This document shows, piece by piece, positions 9,427 through 19,460 of a DNA stretch of 64,000 nt. The notes under the pieces are model-generated. The model saw nothing but the letters and a program-made list of their open reading frames with translations, was not told where the DNA came from and did not search any database. The position numbers and the translations under genes are program-made. Origin of the DNA: Candidatus Parcubacteria bacterium (GTDB lineage: Bacteria; Patescibacteriota; Minisyncoccia; Phycocordibacterales; PALSA-1337); contig CAVYBN010000004.1 in assembly GCA_963766795.1 (NCBI GenBank), forward strand, positions 11,179 through 75,178, in the 5' to 3' direction. Each line of letters begins with the position of its first letter. The stretch's first letter is position 1.

Positions 9427-9552
9427 AGCTATCCTCTTTGTTTTTTGTTTTCAAGGAATTGTTTTAAACAAGGTATTATATTTAGTCTATTCTGTCAAGG
9501 TCTAATCGCATTACAGTTTCTAGAAGTAACAACTGTATTGTGAGCACTGATG

Positions 9553-9807
9553 CTAAAACCCCACATACCCTTTCGCCTTCAAGATCGCTGCGATGGCTTC
9601 GCGGTCGGAATCAGCCGTGATCTCACCGTCGAGATCCATGGTCGGCGTCTTCGACTGGCCAGACTTGGCGACTAATTCCTTGAAATAGGCCTCATTTCCG
9701 CGGACTTCGCGCTCTTCGAATTTCACGCCCTTTTCCTTGAATAGGTCGAGAACGCCCTTGCACCACGGACAGCCGGTCTTTATATATAGGATGATGTTCA
9801 TAAACAC
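9553..9807 (-). CDS. Glutaredoxin-like protein
   Basis: Has the CPWC active site (KTGCPWCKGV) and a thioredoxin-fold length. Confidence 0.8.
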   Translation of the reverse strand: MFMNIILYIKTGCPWCKGVLDLFKEKGVKFEEREVRGNEAYFKELVAKSGQSKTPTMDLDGEITADSDREAIAAILKAKGYVGF

Positions 9808-9948
9808 AGTATAACAGTATTAAGGTATAAAAGCATAAAATCGCACGATTTAAGTGGACAGACAGAGAAATTCATCGCATAGAAATCATATCCCCGTAAA
9901 TCCGGCACTTGTCCACAGCTTCTCCACGAGGTTCTCAACGATGATCGG

Positions 9949-9977
9949 TTGACACTATTTTGGATTGCGAATAATAT
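9949..9977 (+). promoter_or_regulatory. Consensus-like sigma70 promoter
   Basis: TTGACA (9949-9954), a 17-nt spacer, then TAATAT (9972-9977). Confidence 0.6.
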
Positions 9978-9983
9978 GTATCT

Positions 9984-10147
9984 AGGTTCGCTTGTATGAT
10001 GGAGAAGATCCTTAAACCCAACAATATAGGAGCCACAAAAATACCGGCACTATTGCCGGGCACGGCCCCACTTTAAATTTTCGGAATCTCTCTCCAGAAT
10101 CTAGCCGAGCCTACCCTATGACGAAAAACCGCTGCGAAGCGGTTTTT
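9984..10147 (+). ncRNA. Candidate small structured transcript (6S-like closing helix?) or 26-aa micro-ORF
   Basis: It begins after the promoter above. 9983-10011 pairs with 10083-10104 (CTAGGTTC/GAATCTAG, GGAGAAGATCC/GGAATCTCTCTCC), and there is an internal hairpin CCGGCACTATTGCCGG. It ends at the terminator AAAAACCGCTGCGAAGCGGTTTTT. Confidence 0.35.
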
Positions 10148-10411
10148 CGTTTCCCGCGCGGATTACGCTTGAGGAGCAGGCGGCGTAGTCGGCTGTGCCG
10201 GTTGCTGCGGAGCAGGATTTGGCTTGTTTGCCATAGTAATACGGCGGGTGGGTTATCTCCCGCATGCGACCATTATACTCCCGAATCAAGCCCGGGGCGC
10301 TCTGTGTCATTCCTTTGACAAGCGGTCAAAACTAGCAATCAAATAATGACTTGAATGCACAGTTTGTAGGTATGATGTAGTTTGAACAAAAACTACGGAA
10401 CTTTTTAAGTA

Positions 10412-11251
10412 TTATGGCAAGGAAATCCCAAATATTCTTCGAGCATTCCCAAGCAGAGCTTTCTCGACTTCCTCGAGCGGCAAGCCTTTTATCTTGGCGA
10501 TAGCCGCGACGACTTCATTGACATATGCCGGCTCGTTACGCTTGCCGCGGTGCGGCACTGGCGCCACGAACGGGCAATCGGTCTCGGCTTGGATCATGTC
10601 GAGCGGCGTGAATCGCACCAATTCCTCGTACTGCTTGGCGAAAGTGATGACGCCAGTGAATGACAGCGTGAAGCCGAGATCTAGAAAACGCTTGGCTTCT
10701 TCGAGCGTGCCGGCGAAGAAATGTGCGTTGCCTTTGATGGTCGGATGAGCAGCCAGTATTTCAAGAGCATCGGCATAGGCCTGACGGATGTGAAGCATCA
10801 GAGGCTTCTTGAATTCTTCCGCCAAGGCGATCTGGCCGTAGAACGCTTCCTTTTGACGTGCCTGCGAATCTTGCGAGAGCCGGTAGTAGTCGAGCCCGCA
10901 CTCCCCTATCCCGACGACCTTCGGATTTCTCAATAATTCACGGTACGCATCCGGATCGAATGTCTCACCGCGCGAGGTGAATTCCTTGCCGCCTTCGCCT
11001 AGCTCTTTCTCATCGTGAAATGAAGCCGAGGTGTGGATGGGATGCAGGCCGACGATGGCGTAAGCACCTTCAGGATATTTTTCCGCCAGCGCCACGGCCG
11101 ACCGCGAAGTGTCGAGCTGGGTGCCGACCGTGATGAAGGCCGTGCCGCCGTCGATCGCCCGTTTCGCCGTGGCATCGCGGTCCGCGTCGAAAGCCGCGAA
11201 GTTCAAGTGCGAGTGTATGTCGATGCGGCGGAAGGAGGGCATGGATTTCAA
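10412..11251 (-). CDS. tatD: TatD-family metal-dependent hydrolase
   Basis: IDIHSHLNF, GECGLDYYR, LMLHIR and ETDCPF motifs. Confidence 0.85.
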   Translation of the reverse strand: MKSMPSFRRIDIHSHLNFAAFDADRDATAKRAIDGGTAFITVGTQLDTSRSAVALAEKYPEGAYAIVGLHPIHTSASFHDEKELGEGGKEFTSRGETFDPDAYRELLRNPKVVGIGECGLDYYRLSQDSQARQKEAFYGQIALAEEFKKPLMLHIRQAYADALEILAAHPTIKGNAHFFAGTLEEAKRFLDLGFTLSFTGVITFAKQYEELVRFTPLDMIQAETDCPFVAPVPHRGKRNEPAYVNEVVAAIAKIKGLPLEEVEKALLGNARRIFGISLP

Positions 11252-13034
11252 TGCAACCCGATCTGATATTCATACAACCTCCGATAGACGCCGCCTTCCT
11301 TGGCGATCAATTCGTGATGCGAACCAGTCTCGACGACCTTGCCCTTCTGTAAGACCAAGATGGCGTCGGCTTTGCGCACCGTCGAGAGGCGATGGGCGAT
11401 GATGAAGGTCGTGCGTCCTTGCATGAGCTTTTCCAGGGCTCCGGTCACGATCTGCTCGGTTCCGGCATCGAGAGCGCTGGTAGGCTCATCGAGGATGAGG
11501 ATAGCCGGCGCTCGTAACATGGCCCTGGCGATGGCCACGCGCTGTTTCTGGCCGACGGAAAGCTTGATGCCGCGCTCGCCGACGATCGTCTCGTACTTCT
11601 TGGGCAGAGCGGAGACGAAATCGTCGATATGCGCCTCTTTGGACACGCGCAGGACGTCCTCGTCAGAAGCCTCGAATGAGCCGTAGCGGATATTGGCACG
11701 GATGGTATCGTTGAAAAGCGCCACTTCCTGGGGTACGACGGCGATATGCCGGCGCAAGACATTCAGATCGAGCTTCCGAGTGTCGACTCCGTCGACAGTC
11801 ACGCTTCCCTTCTCGGGGAAATAATAGCCGGAGATGAGAGAGATGGCGGTCGATTTGCCGACACCGGATTCGCCGACTAGAGCGATCGATTGCCCCGGCT
11901 TAACTATAAAATCTATATCGATAAGGACTTCAGGCTGGCCTGGACCGTAACGGAATGAGACATGATCGAATCTGACTTCGCCGGAAACATGCTCGGGCCG
12001 GACCGCTCCGGCTGGAACATACTCTTCTTCCTTCCTTTCGAATATTGTCTCGGCGCTGGCCGCGGCTGTCATGCCGTTCTGTATGACTTGCCAGCTGTTG
12101 CCCAGAGCCGCCACCGGTCCGAAGAACATCAAGGCGTATCCGTTCAAGGCTACCAGCTCGCCGACCGTGATCGAGCCGTTCGCGACCAGTCGAACAGCCA
12201 AGATGAATATGGTCAATTGGGTAAGGAAGACGATCGTGCGCTGGAAGAAATTCGACGTTGCTCCAATTGCGCTCCAATTTGACCCAGAATGCTTGCGTCC
12301 GGCCCCAAAGATTGGTGGTGGCTTTTTTGGATTCGTATTCTTCGGCAGAAGCCTGTTTGACGCTCTCGATCTGTTGGACTGACGCCGCCGAGTCATCCCA
12401 GCTCTCATTCCAGGACTTGTGCGCAGCCCTGTCGATGGCCGCCACTGGGCGCAAGATGTGCAAAAGAAGCAGGATATAGAGCAAGACGCCGAGGAGCAGG
12501 ACCGAAGCCAGAAGAGAGCTGATAGTCGCCGCCAAAGCAATGCCGATGAATATGCTTAGGAATTGCGGCACGATATTGCTGACTGTGCTCAATATCGCGG
12601 AGATCCGCCAGCCGGCCTGGCTGATCTTCTGGAGCTCTCCGTTGGTATGGGCGTTCTTGTGATATGACAAAGGCAGGCGGAACATGTGAGTGAAGCCGTC
12701 GGTTTGTATCTTAAAGTGGACGCCGACATCCACCTTCCTTCGCAAGCGGTCCGAGACCCAGTCGATATTGTTGGCGACGAGCTCGACTACGACCCAAGCG
12801 CCCAGGAATACGGCCCAGATCGGCAATGAGTTGGCTACGACCAGTCGATGCTCCGAGAGGCCGATCAGCGCGTCGAAAAAGCGGCCGGTGATATAAGGCA
12901 CGAAACCGTTGGCGATCGACGAGATCACGCCAAGGATACCCAGAGCCGTCAGTTTTCCCCGGAACGGCTGAAGATGCCGTCAAATAGCCGCCATTCCCTC
13001 GCGCGCGTGCGCGTTCTTTTTCCCGTGGTTTTCA
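11248..13034 (-). CDS. ABC transporter, fused permease/ATPase (MsbA-like); at least two frame breaks (about 12255-12300 and 12956-12968)
   Basis: Walker A GESGVGKST, signature LSVGQKQR and Walker B ILILDEPTS lie in ORF 11248-12540. The TMD is in ORF 11930-12928. The true N-terminus MKTTGKRTRTRAREWRLFDGIF lies in a third frame starting at 13034. Confidence 0.8.
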
Positions 13035-13083
13035 TAGCTGTTGATTGTACAGCATATTCTGGCGTTCTGCACATAAAAAATGC

Positions 13084-13443
13084 CTATTTAGGCCTTATTC
13101 CGATCGCATAGATGCCGAACTTAGGTATGCGCTCAGCGTATCCTTCCAGATCGTGATAGCTCTTGATGCCGCTCTCGATGTCAAGACCGCTTGAGAGGAC
13201 ATTTTCTACGCCTTCCGTCTCGAGCATGGACCGTACATCGTGATACCAGCGCACTGATAGGACATCACAGATCATCGATTCGCCAGTCGTTTTGTTTGTA
13301 AAGGTGATGGCGTCGCCCGGGGTCATGTGCTCGTAGGTCTTGTCATTTTCGGTCCTAGGCGTACGGCCCTCGATCTTCTTAGTTCCGGCTTTTATCGCCT
13401 TGAACGGCCGGTCGTTCAGATTCAGATTATAATTTGCGGTCAT
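13084..13443 (-). CDS. ASCH-domain protein
   Basis: 119 aa with FKAIKAGTKKIEGR ... PGDAITF, typical of the ASCH / PUA-like fold. Confidence 0.6.
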   Translation of the reverse strand: MTANYNLNLNDRPFKAIKAGTKKIEGRTPRTENDKTYEHMTPGDAITFTNKTTGESMICDVLSVRWYHDVRSMLETEGVENVLSSGLDIESGIKSYHDLEGYAERIPKFGIYAIGIRPK

Positions 13444-13919
13444 CGTACTTTACTGATTATCTGATCAGCCGTCTCTTCAGGAGTCTGTTCTGAATTGTCG
13501 ATCATTTTTCCAAAAGACGGATTGTGAATTCCGATATCGTAATGGTACTTGATCCTTTCCCGCTCCCAGTCATCCAATTTTCTGGTGCCTCTGTCCGTTA
13601 ATGCCTTTTCGAGCTTTGGGGCGAGAGTAAAAACATATATCTTAGCATCGAGGCTTTTTAGTTCATTCGTAACATAATCATAGTTTCCTTTAGACAATGG
13701 ATACGGAACGATCACATTCAGGCCTCTTTTGGAGAAATTCCTGATGACGGCGACAGCATTCTCGAGATTGATCGGTACGGCTTGATTTATCGGCATCCAC
13801 GAGATCATGTCTCGGAGCGCGTCTATCTCCACCAAAGCGACATTAGAAAGCTTCGTAGCCAATATCTTAGCTACGGTGGTTTTCCCAGCATTTATCGAGC
13901 CGTTAATGAAGATAATCAT
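13440..13919 (-). CDS. P-loop kinase-like protein (AAA_33 / chloramphenicol-phosphotransferase-like)
   Basis: Has the Walker A motif INGSINAGKTT. It is 159 aa, and its stop overlaps the next start (ATGA). Confidence 0.55.
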   Translation of the reverse strand: MIIFINGSINAGKTTVAKILATKLSNVALVEIDALRDMISWMPINQAVPINLENAVAVIRNFSKRGLNVIVPYPLSKGNYDYVTNELKSLDAKIYVFTLAPKLEKALTDRGTRKLDDWERERIKYHYDIGIHNPSFGKMIDNSEQTPEETADQIISKVR

Positions 13920-13943
13920 GATTAAGACATTCTACTACATAAT

Positions 13944-15347
13944 CTACCGCCAATGTCCCGCCGGGAATGGTATTTTAACACACAAAAAAAGGAGAGCCCG
14001 AAGACTCCCCTTGTGTTTGGATGCGTTCAGGCCATAGCTTTTGCGCACAGATCGTGGCAAAGCTTGACCCAACTCGGCGATCCTTTCTACGGACGATGTC
14101 GCTCCAAACATGCGGAACTCGATCGTGCCATGCTTGGATATCCTTATGAGCGTCCAGCATTTGCGCGGGTCTTTGTTAAACCCCTTGGTGCGCGCCGACC
14201 GATAGAGATCGGCCCAATCCGCATATTGTGGCGGATCACATTCTGGAGCAACCGTCCTGTAAATCTCCAGGCGTTCTCCGAACGAGCCGTTGCCTTTCGC
14301 GCACAGCCGCTCGCACTGCGGAGCGACGCGATTGTAAACGCGAAGAGCAGTCTCATGATCCGGCATTCCCACATGGACATGCGTGCCGATGACCCGGCAG
14401 GCGGCCAAGAGGACATGACGAGGCATCATCTTCACGATCTCCTGATATCTTCCAGACGGATCCGGATAGACATCAAGCGGCATACCCTCGGGTCCAACTT
14501 CTGAATGAAGCCGCCTAAAGCCGAGCGATCTTTCCCATGTCGTCAGCTCTTCCTCAAGCCTTATGAGATGACCGTAAGCCGAGCCGACATGGCACGGACC
14601 GATCTTATACTCAAGCTGGCAGGACGAAAGCTCATAACCGTATCGTGGAAGCATAGAATCGTCTTCTCTGCGAGGCAAACCGGCGATGATCCTCGGCGCA
14701 AGCGGGAGTATCGTGCCGCTCTCATCGGTCAAGAAGCATTCTTGTTCAACACCGACGGACAATGTCCTAGCCTGGTCGAATCGGAATAAGTCCATGAACG
14801 CCTTTTGTCGGACATCCAACAGCCAGTAAGTCCTATCCGCATGCGCGGCATCGCGTATGCCGAGGTCGACGAAGCCGGACCTTTCATAGACATGGCGAGC
14901 AACACGCGCTTGGGTATCGGTACGCAAGACGATAGCTGTGATACCGGCGTTCTGGGCGACGCCTATGAGCGACGCGGTCAGAGCGGACGATATCCGTCGG
15001 CCGCGATGATTCTTGGCGACTCCCAGCTCATCGACATAGAAGACACGGCTTTCTCCGTCGAATACCGGATCGAGAAGGCTGTTTCCCGCGATTGCCCTAA
15101 GCTCATTCATGTCCACTGAATATCCGTGCGTGAATCCGACTACATCCCCATTATCCATGGCCAGGAATGCCGTGGCATCTGGGTTTTTCATCTCTCTCCG
15201 AAGATCGACGACGACGCCTTCGGGTCGCCAGAAATCTTCATTCCACGGCGGCTCTTTCCATATCTCACAATAACAGTTTGCCCATTGCTCCAGGATCTCC
15301 GAAGGAATGGCGTTCATATCTACGCGCTCTATCGAGACGTTTTTCAT
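13944..15347 (-). CDS. Fusion protein: N-terminal GNAT acetyltransferase plus C-terminal glutamate-cysteine-ligase family 2 (carboxylate-amine ligase)
   Basis: The GNAT core is VDELGVAKNHRGRRISSALTA. The GCS2 motifs are GVEQECFL and GTHVHVGMPD...TIEFR. Confidence 0.65.
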   Translation of the reverse strand: MKNVSIERVDMNAIPSEILEQWANCYCEIWKEPPWNEDFWRPEGVVVDLRREMKNPDATAFLAMDNGDVVGFTHGYSVDMNELRAIAGNSLLDPVFDGESRVFYVDELGVAKNHRGRRISSALTASLIGVAQNAGITAIVLRTDTQARVARHVYERSGFVDLGIRDAAHADRTYWLLDVRQKAFMDLFRFDQARTLSVGVEQECFLTDESGTILPLAPRIIAGLPRREDDSMLPRYGYELSSCQLEYKIGPCHVGSAYGHLIRLEEELTTWERSLGFRRLHSEVGPEGMPLDVYPDPSGRYQEIVKMMPRHVLLAACRVIGTHVHVGMPDHETALRVYNRVAPQCERLCAKGNGSFGERLEIYRTVAPECDPPQYADWADLYRSARTKGFNKDPRKCWTLIRISKHGTIEFRMFGATSSVERIAELGQALPRSVRKSYGLNASKHKGSLRALLFLCVKIPFPAGHWR

Positions 15348-15447
15348 AAGTATCCTTTTGTTAAAGAACTACGACAGGTACTGCCGACACACGAGTGCAG
15401 GCAGTAGTCTATCGCCAACCAGAGTTGGGATAGCTGTGAGCCGGTTC

Positions 15448-16530
15448 TCACCAATGGAATTCAGTCCTCCTTTTTCCCAATTCGCCGAGAAAGTCCTGCA
15501 GTGCCTGATAGAATGTGAGACACGAATCAATGCTGATATTCTCATTATCGCCGTGTATGTCTCCGCCAGTGGGCTTGATCATCAGTATCGGGATATCGAG
15601 GTCGGCAAAGTGACGCGCATCCGAAGCGCCATATGTCCCTTTTATCTGGATCTTTTTCCCGACGCTTTTTTCGAAGCATTTGATGAACATCTTGACTACA
15701 GGTTCATTGATATCAACCGAGGTCGGACTGCCGATTGAGTGTGTCGATATCTTGAGCGAAGAGTCGATCTTCCTGGCTAAAGCTGATACCTCGTCGCGAA
15801 TCGCCTTGAATGTAGTCGTCTCCGGGAATCTGAAATCTAGGATCGCGTATGCTTCAGGGCATACCTGATTGGCAGAAATGCCGCCTTGGAGCTTCCCGAT
15901 ATTGACCGTTGTCTTCCAAGATTCTCTTCGATTGTTTTGTTTATATCTCTTAAGCACCGCGCCGCACAGAGCGATTATCGGTTCGAGAGCGTTCTTGCCG
16001 TCCCATATCCTGGACGAGTGAGCCGGCGTGCCAGTCGCATCTATACGCAACGCACATACGCCTTTAGATCTATTTACGAATATGAGATCGTCTCCGCCAT
16101 CCGGCACGATCAGGACTTTAGGCCTTAGCTTGTATTGTTTAGCCAGATAAGCGGCTCCTTCGAATCCCCCTGTCTCTTCATCCGTGGTCACGATAAAGGC
16201 GAATGAGATGTCCGATTTTCTTTCAATGAGCTCATTCAACAGCGCATATCCCATGGGAATGGAGAATTTCATATCGCTTACGCCTCGCCCGTAGGCGATT
16301 CCCTTTTTGATAGTCATCTTGAATTGGGCGGGCTTTCCAGCCACGACATCCGCGTGTACTAGAAAACACACATCCGGATCGCGCGTATCTATATTCGAAG
16401 CAATAAAAGATTCCGCATTGCCGTTCTTGATTCTCTTTACGATCGCCTTCTTGCTTATCTTTGACTCGATGAAATCAAGCGCTTTCCTGTTCTGATCGAT
16501 GTCAGATCGTGAGCGTCTTGAATGATACAA
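15448..16530 (-). CDS. M20-family metallopeptidase (ArgE/DapE/ACY1-like)
   Basis: HADVV, GRGVSDMK and TTDEETGG motifs. Confidence 0.75.
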   Translation of the reverse strand: MYHSRRSRSDIDQNRKALDFIESKISKKAIVKRIKNGNAESFIASNIDTRDPDVCFLVHADVVAGKPAQFKMTIKKGIAYGRGVSDMKFSIPMGYALLNELIERKSDISFAFIVTTDEETGGFEGAAYLAKQYKLRPKVLIVPDGGDDLIFVNRSKGVCALRIDATGTPAHSSRIWDGKNALEPIIALCGAVLKRYKQNNRRESWKTTVNIGKLQGGISANQVCPEAYAILDFRFPETTTFKAIRDEVSALARKIDSSLKISTHSIGSPTSVDINEPVVKMFIKCFEKSVGKKIQIKGTYGASDARHFADLDIPILMIKPTGGDIHGDNENISIDSCLTFYQALQDFLGELGKRRTEFHW

Positions 16531-16898
16531 GCCTTGATAGGTCTTCTGTGAATTGTTCTTTAGTTAGATTTTTCATGGTAAGTGATTAGTTAGTTAAAAC
16601 AAAAACACCCTCTTTTACGAAGGGTGTTTTGTCTCTAAATGAAGCTTTTGCTTGATTAGTATGAGACATGCCAAGAACCCCCTCCGTGCGAAAGGCGGTT
16701 ATGATGCCAGTTATTGACCTGAATGGCTGTCTTTTTCATGTATGTGCTATGGTAGCAAACTGCGTATTTGGATGCAAGCGCACGCCATCTGCAAACACTA
16801 AAATCCTATGAACAAACTTGCTCTTATCCACTTGGCTTATAGATATAGCCGACTTTAGGTAGCGTATACACTTACACATGGATAACTGAACCCCATTT

Positions 16899-16907
16899 TG
16901 ATATAAT
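16899..16907 (+). promoter_or_regulatory. Extended -10 promoter (TGaTATAAT) placed for a leaderless maf mRNA
   Basis: TATAAT lies at 16902-16907 and the ATG at 16914. Confidence 0.45.
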
Positions 16908-16913
16908 CGTCGC

Positions 16914-17489
16914 ATGAGAAAAATCATCCTCGCCTCTAGTTCGCCACGCAGGAGGGAAATTTTGTCAAAGTTGGGATTTCCATTCGAGGTGAAGACAAGC
17001 AACTACAAAGAAGACATGGGCCTTCCTCTTCCCCCATCTGAACTTGCCAAATTCCTTTCGGCTGGTAAGGCGCTATCTGTATCAAATGAAAACCCGGGGT
17101 CTCTCGTAATCGCAGCTGACACATTCGTGATGCACCAAGGCACTTTACTTGGTAAACCAAAGACAGAACGGGACGCAATCGCCATGCTCAAAATGTTGAG
17201 CGGCAAAGAGAATGACATTGTGACAGGAGTCACGATCATAGATGGCCTAAGCGGTAACAAATCATCTTTCCATGAGATTACCAAGGTATTTATGAGGGAC
17301 ATCACAGAACAGGAGATTCATGCGTATGTCAGAACCGGCGAACCACTCGATAAGGCTGGCGCATATGCCCTACAGGAACTCGGCGCGATATTCATACAAA
17401 GGATCGAGGGCGATTTCTTTAATGCGATGGGCCTACCACTTGCCAGGCTAGCGCGTGAGTTGGAAGGGTTTGGAATCAAGATTTTATAA
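16914..17489 (+). CDS. maf: Maf-like nucleoside-triphosphate pyrophosphatase
   Basis: MRKIILASSSPRRREIL ... AGAYALQE. Confidence 0.9.
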   Translation: MRKIILASSSPRRREILSKLGFPFEVKTSNYKEDMGLPLPPSELAKFLSAGKALSVSNENPGSLVIAADTFVMHQGTLLGKPKTERDAIAMLKMLSGKENDIVTGVTIIDGLSGNKSSFHEITKVFMRDITEQEIHAYVRTGEPLDKAGAYALQELGAIFIQRIEGDFFNAMGLPLARLARELEGFGIKIL

Positions 17490-17500
17490 ATAGGATCTTT

Positions 17501-17971
17501 TTATTCTATATACGCGACAGTTTTATTTTTTATAGCATCCAAGCATGCGGGTATGCTTTTCTGCAAACTTGTAGATAAGATCGGCATGGCTTTTTCTGGA
17601 GAAGTAAAAACATATTCTTTCAGCTCGTCTGTTTGTAGCTTTATCTGGACGATTTGCTTATCAGTGAGAGTGCCGCCGAAATAGACAAATTTGAGCGAGT
17701 CAGTAAAAACTACTTTTCTTGTTCCATAATATATACCGACCAATTGTAATTCCGTGGCATCAAGACCGATCTCTTCTTTTGTTTCTCGGATAGCGCAGTG
17801 GAGAGGAGATTCATTGTCCTCGGTGGCTCCCCCGGGAACAAGCCATCCGTCTTTATAATCAGGTTTTAAGATAAGCAATTCTCCTTTTGTGTTAAAAAAC
17901 AAGACTGCTGTGCCAACCTGCTTCTTAGGAAGTCTTAGGGCATATTCCTCGTCGGTGAATTTCTTTACCAT
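17501..17971 (-). CDS. NUDIX hydrolase
   Basis: Nudix box GGATEDNESPLHCAIRETKEEIGL. Confidence 0.85.
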   Translation of the reverse strand: MVKKFTDEEYALRLPKKQVGTAVLFFNTKGELLILKPDYKDGWLVPGGATEDNESPLHCAIRETKEEIGLDATELQLVGIYYGTRKVVFTDSLKFVYFGGTLTDKQIVQIKLQTDELKEYVFTSPEKAMPILSTSLQKSIPACLDAIKNKTVAYIE

Positions 17972-18181
17972 TTTTTTATCTTATCACCCTTTGTTATTCT
18001 ACGGAATAAGAGCCATCGCAACATCCTAGGAAGATTCCGTGTAATATTTATATAAACTACTTGCCCCCCTGTGCACAAAATCCCTAAAAATAGGTCTTAA
18101 GTTGATCATCCCGCGTATTCCGGCGTTCTGCACATAAAAAGCGCGGGAATGACCCCGCGCTTGAACTGGCAAATACCCGCC

Positions 18182-19219
18182 TTAGAATTCTGCGAACACT
18201 TTCTTGGATCGCGAGTCGATTCTGACCATGCCGCCATAAGGTAAAGGGATCTGTGGTTCGGTGTGACCAAAGTCCATGTTTTGCAGGATCGGAGCAGTCT
18301 TGTTATACATGCGGATGATCTGGATGGTCGTCTCGCGTTGCTCCTTGCGATACTCCTTTCGTTCGTCCGGATTCTTCTGTTTGTCGTATTCCCACGATTT
18401 CGGCCTGCCGACCAGCACGGCTTTCACGCGTTCCAAGATACCCCTCTCTCCGAGAGCGCGATACACTCTGGACACATAGCTTGCCGGTGATATTTCTTCG
18501 CACGTTTCCGTGAATAGGACGATGTCTTCAAATTCGCTCAATTCAGGGATGCGCGAGCCGTGTCGAAGCATTTCGTCAATGGATTCGAGACAACCTCCCC
18601 ATGTTCTTCCTACGACACGACCTTCCCCATCCCAGAACCAACCGTCATTCTTCTCGTACGCGAGTTCCTTATCCATGTTTGATGGATCATTCCAATCGAG
18701 TCCGATGTCGTTGAACATCTCACTCGAGGTGAGCTCGACTTCGCCAGCTTCGAAAAGCGCCTTCTTGATATACCCAACGGTGAACGGATCCATGTGCCCA
18801 TTCAAGGCAAATTGAGTGTGCAGGGAGGCGCCATAATACGACGGTATGCCCGCAAGCCACAGGAAATTCGCGAAGTGAGTATTGTCGCTGTATCCGAAGA
18901 ATGGTTTCGGGTGTGCTTTGAATGGCGCGATCGGCAGATTTTTGACGTATGTGACCTGATCATCGCCGCCGATGGATGTGATCACGGCCCTTATGGAATG
19001 ATCTTCGAATGCGCGAATTAGGTCGGCAGACCTTTCCTCCTTGCTCGCCCCGAGCTTCTTCGTCGTCGGGAATTCAACCGGCTCAAGGCCGAAGATATCC
19101 CGCAGACGCGTCAGACCGAGTTCATACATATGCGGCCATTGTCCAGGAGCCGCGAATGACGGTGAAAGTATCGCCACCTTATCTCCCGCTTTAAGTTTGT
19201 TTAATTTGGTAAAGTTCAT
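18182..19219 (-). CDS. LD-carboxypeptidase / MccF-like S66 peptidase
   Basis: LKAGDKVAILSPS ... RAVITSIGGDD ... FGHTEPQ. Confidence 0.8.
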   Translation of the reverse strand: MNFTKLNKLKAGDKVAILSPSFAAPGQWPHMYELGLTRLRDIFGLEPVEFPTTKKLGASKEERSADLIRAFEDHSIRAVITSIGGDDQVTYVKNLPIAPFKAHPKPFFGYSDNTHFANFLWLAGIPSYYGASLHTQFALNGHMDPFTVGYIKKALFEAGEVELTSSEMFNDIGLDWNDPSNMDKELAYEKNDGWFWDGEGRVVGRTWGGCLESIDEMLRHGSRIPELSEFEDIVLFTETCEEISPASYVSRVYRALGERGILERVKAVLVGRPKSWEYDKQKNPDERKEYRKEQRETTIQIIRMYNKTAPILQNMDFGHTEPQIPLPYGGMVRIDSRSKKVFAEF

Positions 19220-19261
19220 AATATTAATATTACCATAATAAAAATATGATTATCTGTCAAC

Positions 19262-19400
19262 ACTCCGGGATCGAAGTGCTACCGATATGCTGGATATCGA
19301 GAAGATATGAGCCGAAGATCTCTCTTATCAGCCGGGCTTCATTCTCATATAGATCTTTCCATTCGTCTGAATGCGCCACCAATAGGGTATTTTTAATCAT
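19262..19400 (-). pseudogene. Truncated 5' fragment of a GrpB-family gene
   Basis: The minus strand reads MIKNTLLVAHSDEWKDLYENEARLIREIFGSYLLDIQHIGSTSIPG and then degenerates. Confidence 0.55.
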
Positions 19401-19401
19401 G
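19359..19401. repeat. Direct repeat, left copy (43 bp), bounding the AT-rich island
   Basis: CCATTCGTCTGAATGCGCCACCAATAGGGTATTTTTAATCATG matches 24463-24505 at 40 of 43 positions. Confidence 0.9.
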
Positions 19402-19460
19402 AGATGATATCATTTTTTATAAACATTTTTTATTCCCAGTCTTAATTTATTTAATAGCAT

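Noticed and set aside
10165-10236. A minus-strand micro-ORF, MANKPNPAPQQPAQPTTPPAPQA, sharing the bidirectional terminator.
   Set aside because: It is only 23 codons of low complexity, and its SD-like GGAG sits too far (about 20 nt) upstream. It cannot be supported from sequence alone.
12262-12283. An 11-bp near-duplication (AATTGGAGCGC / AATTGGAGCAA, minus-strand sense) at the ABC transporter frame break, considered as the cause of the frameshift.
   Set aside because: Removing 11 bp would shift the frame by 2, not into the frame that carries the downstream conserved sequence. A single-base indel fits better.
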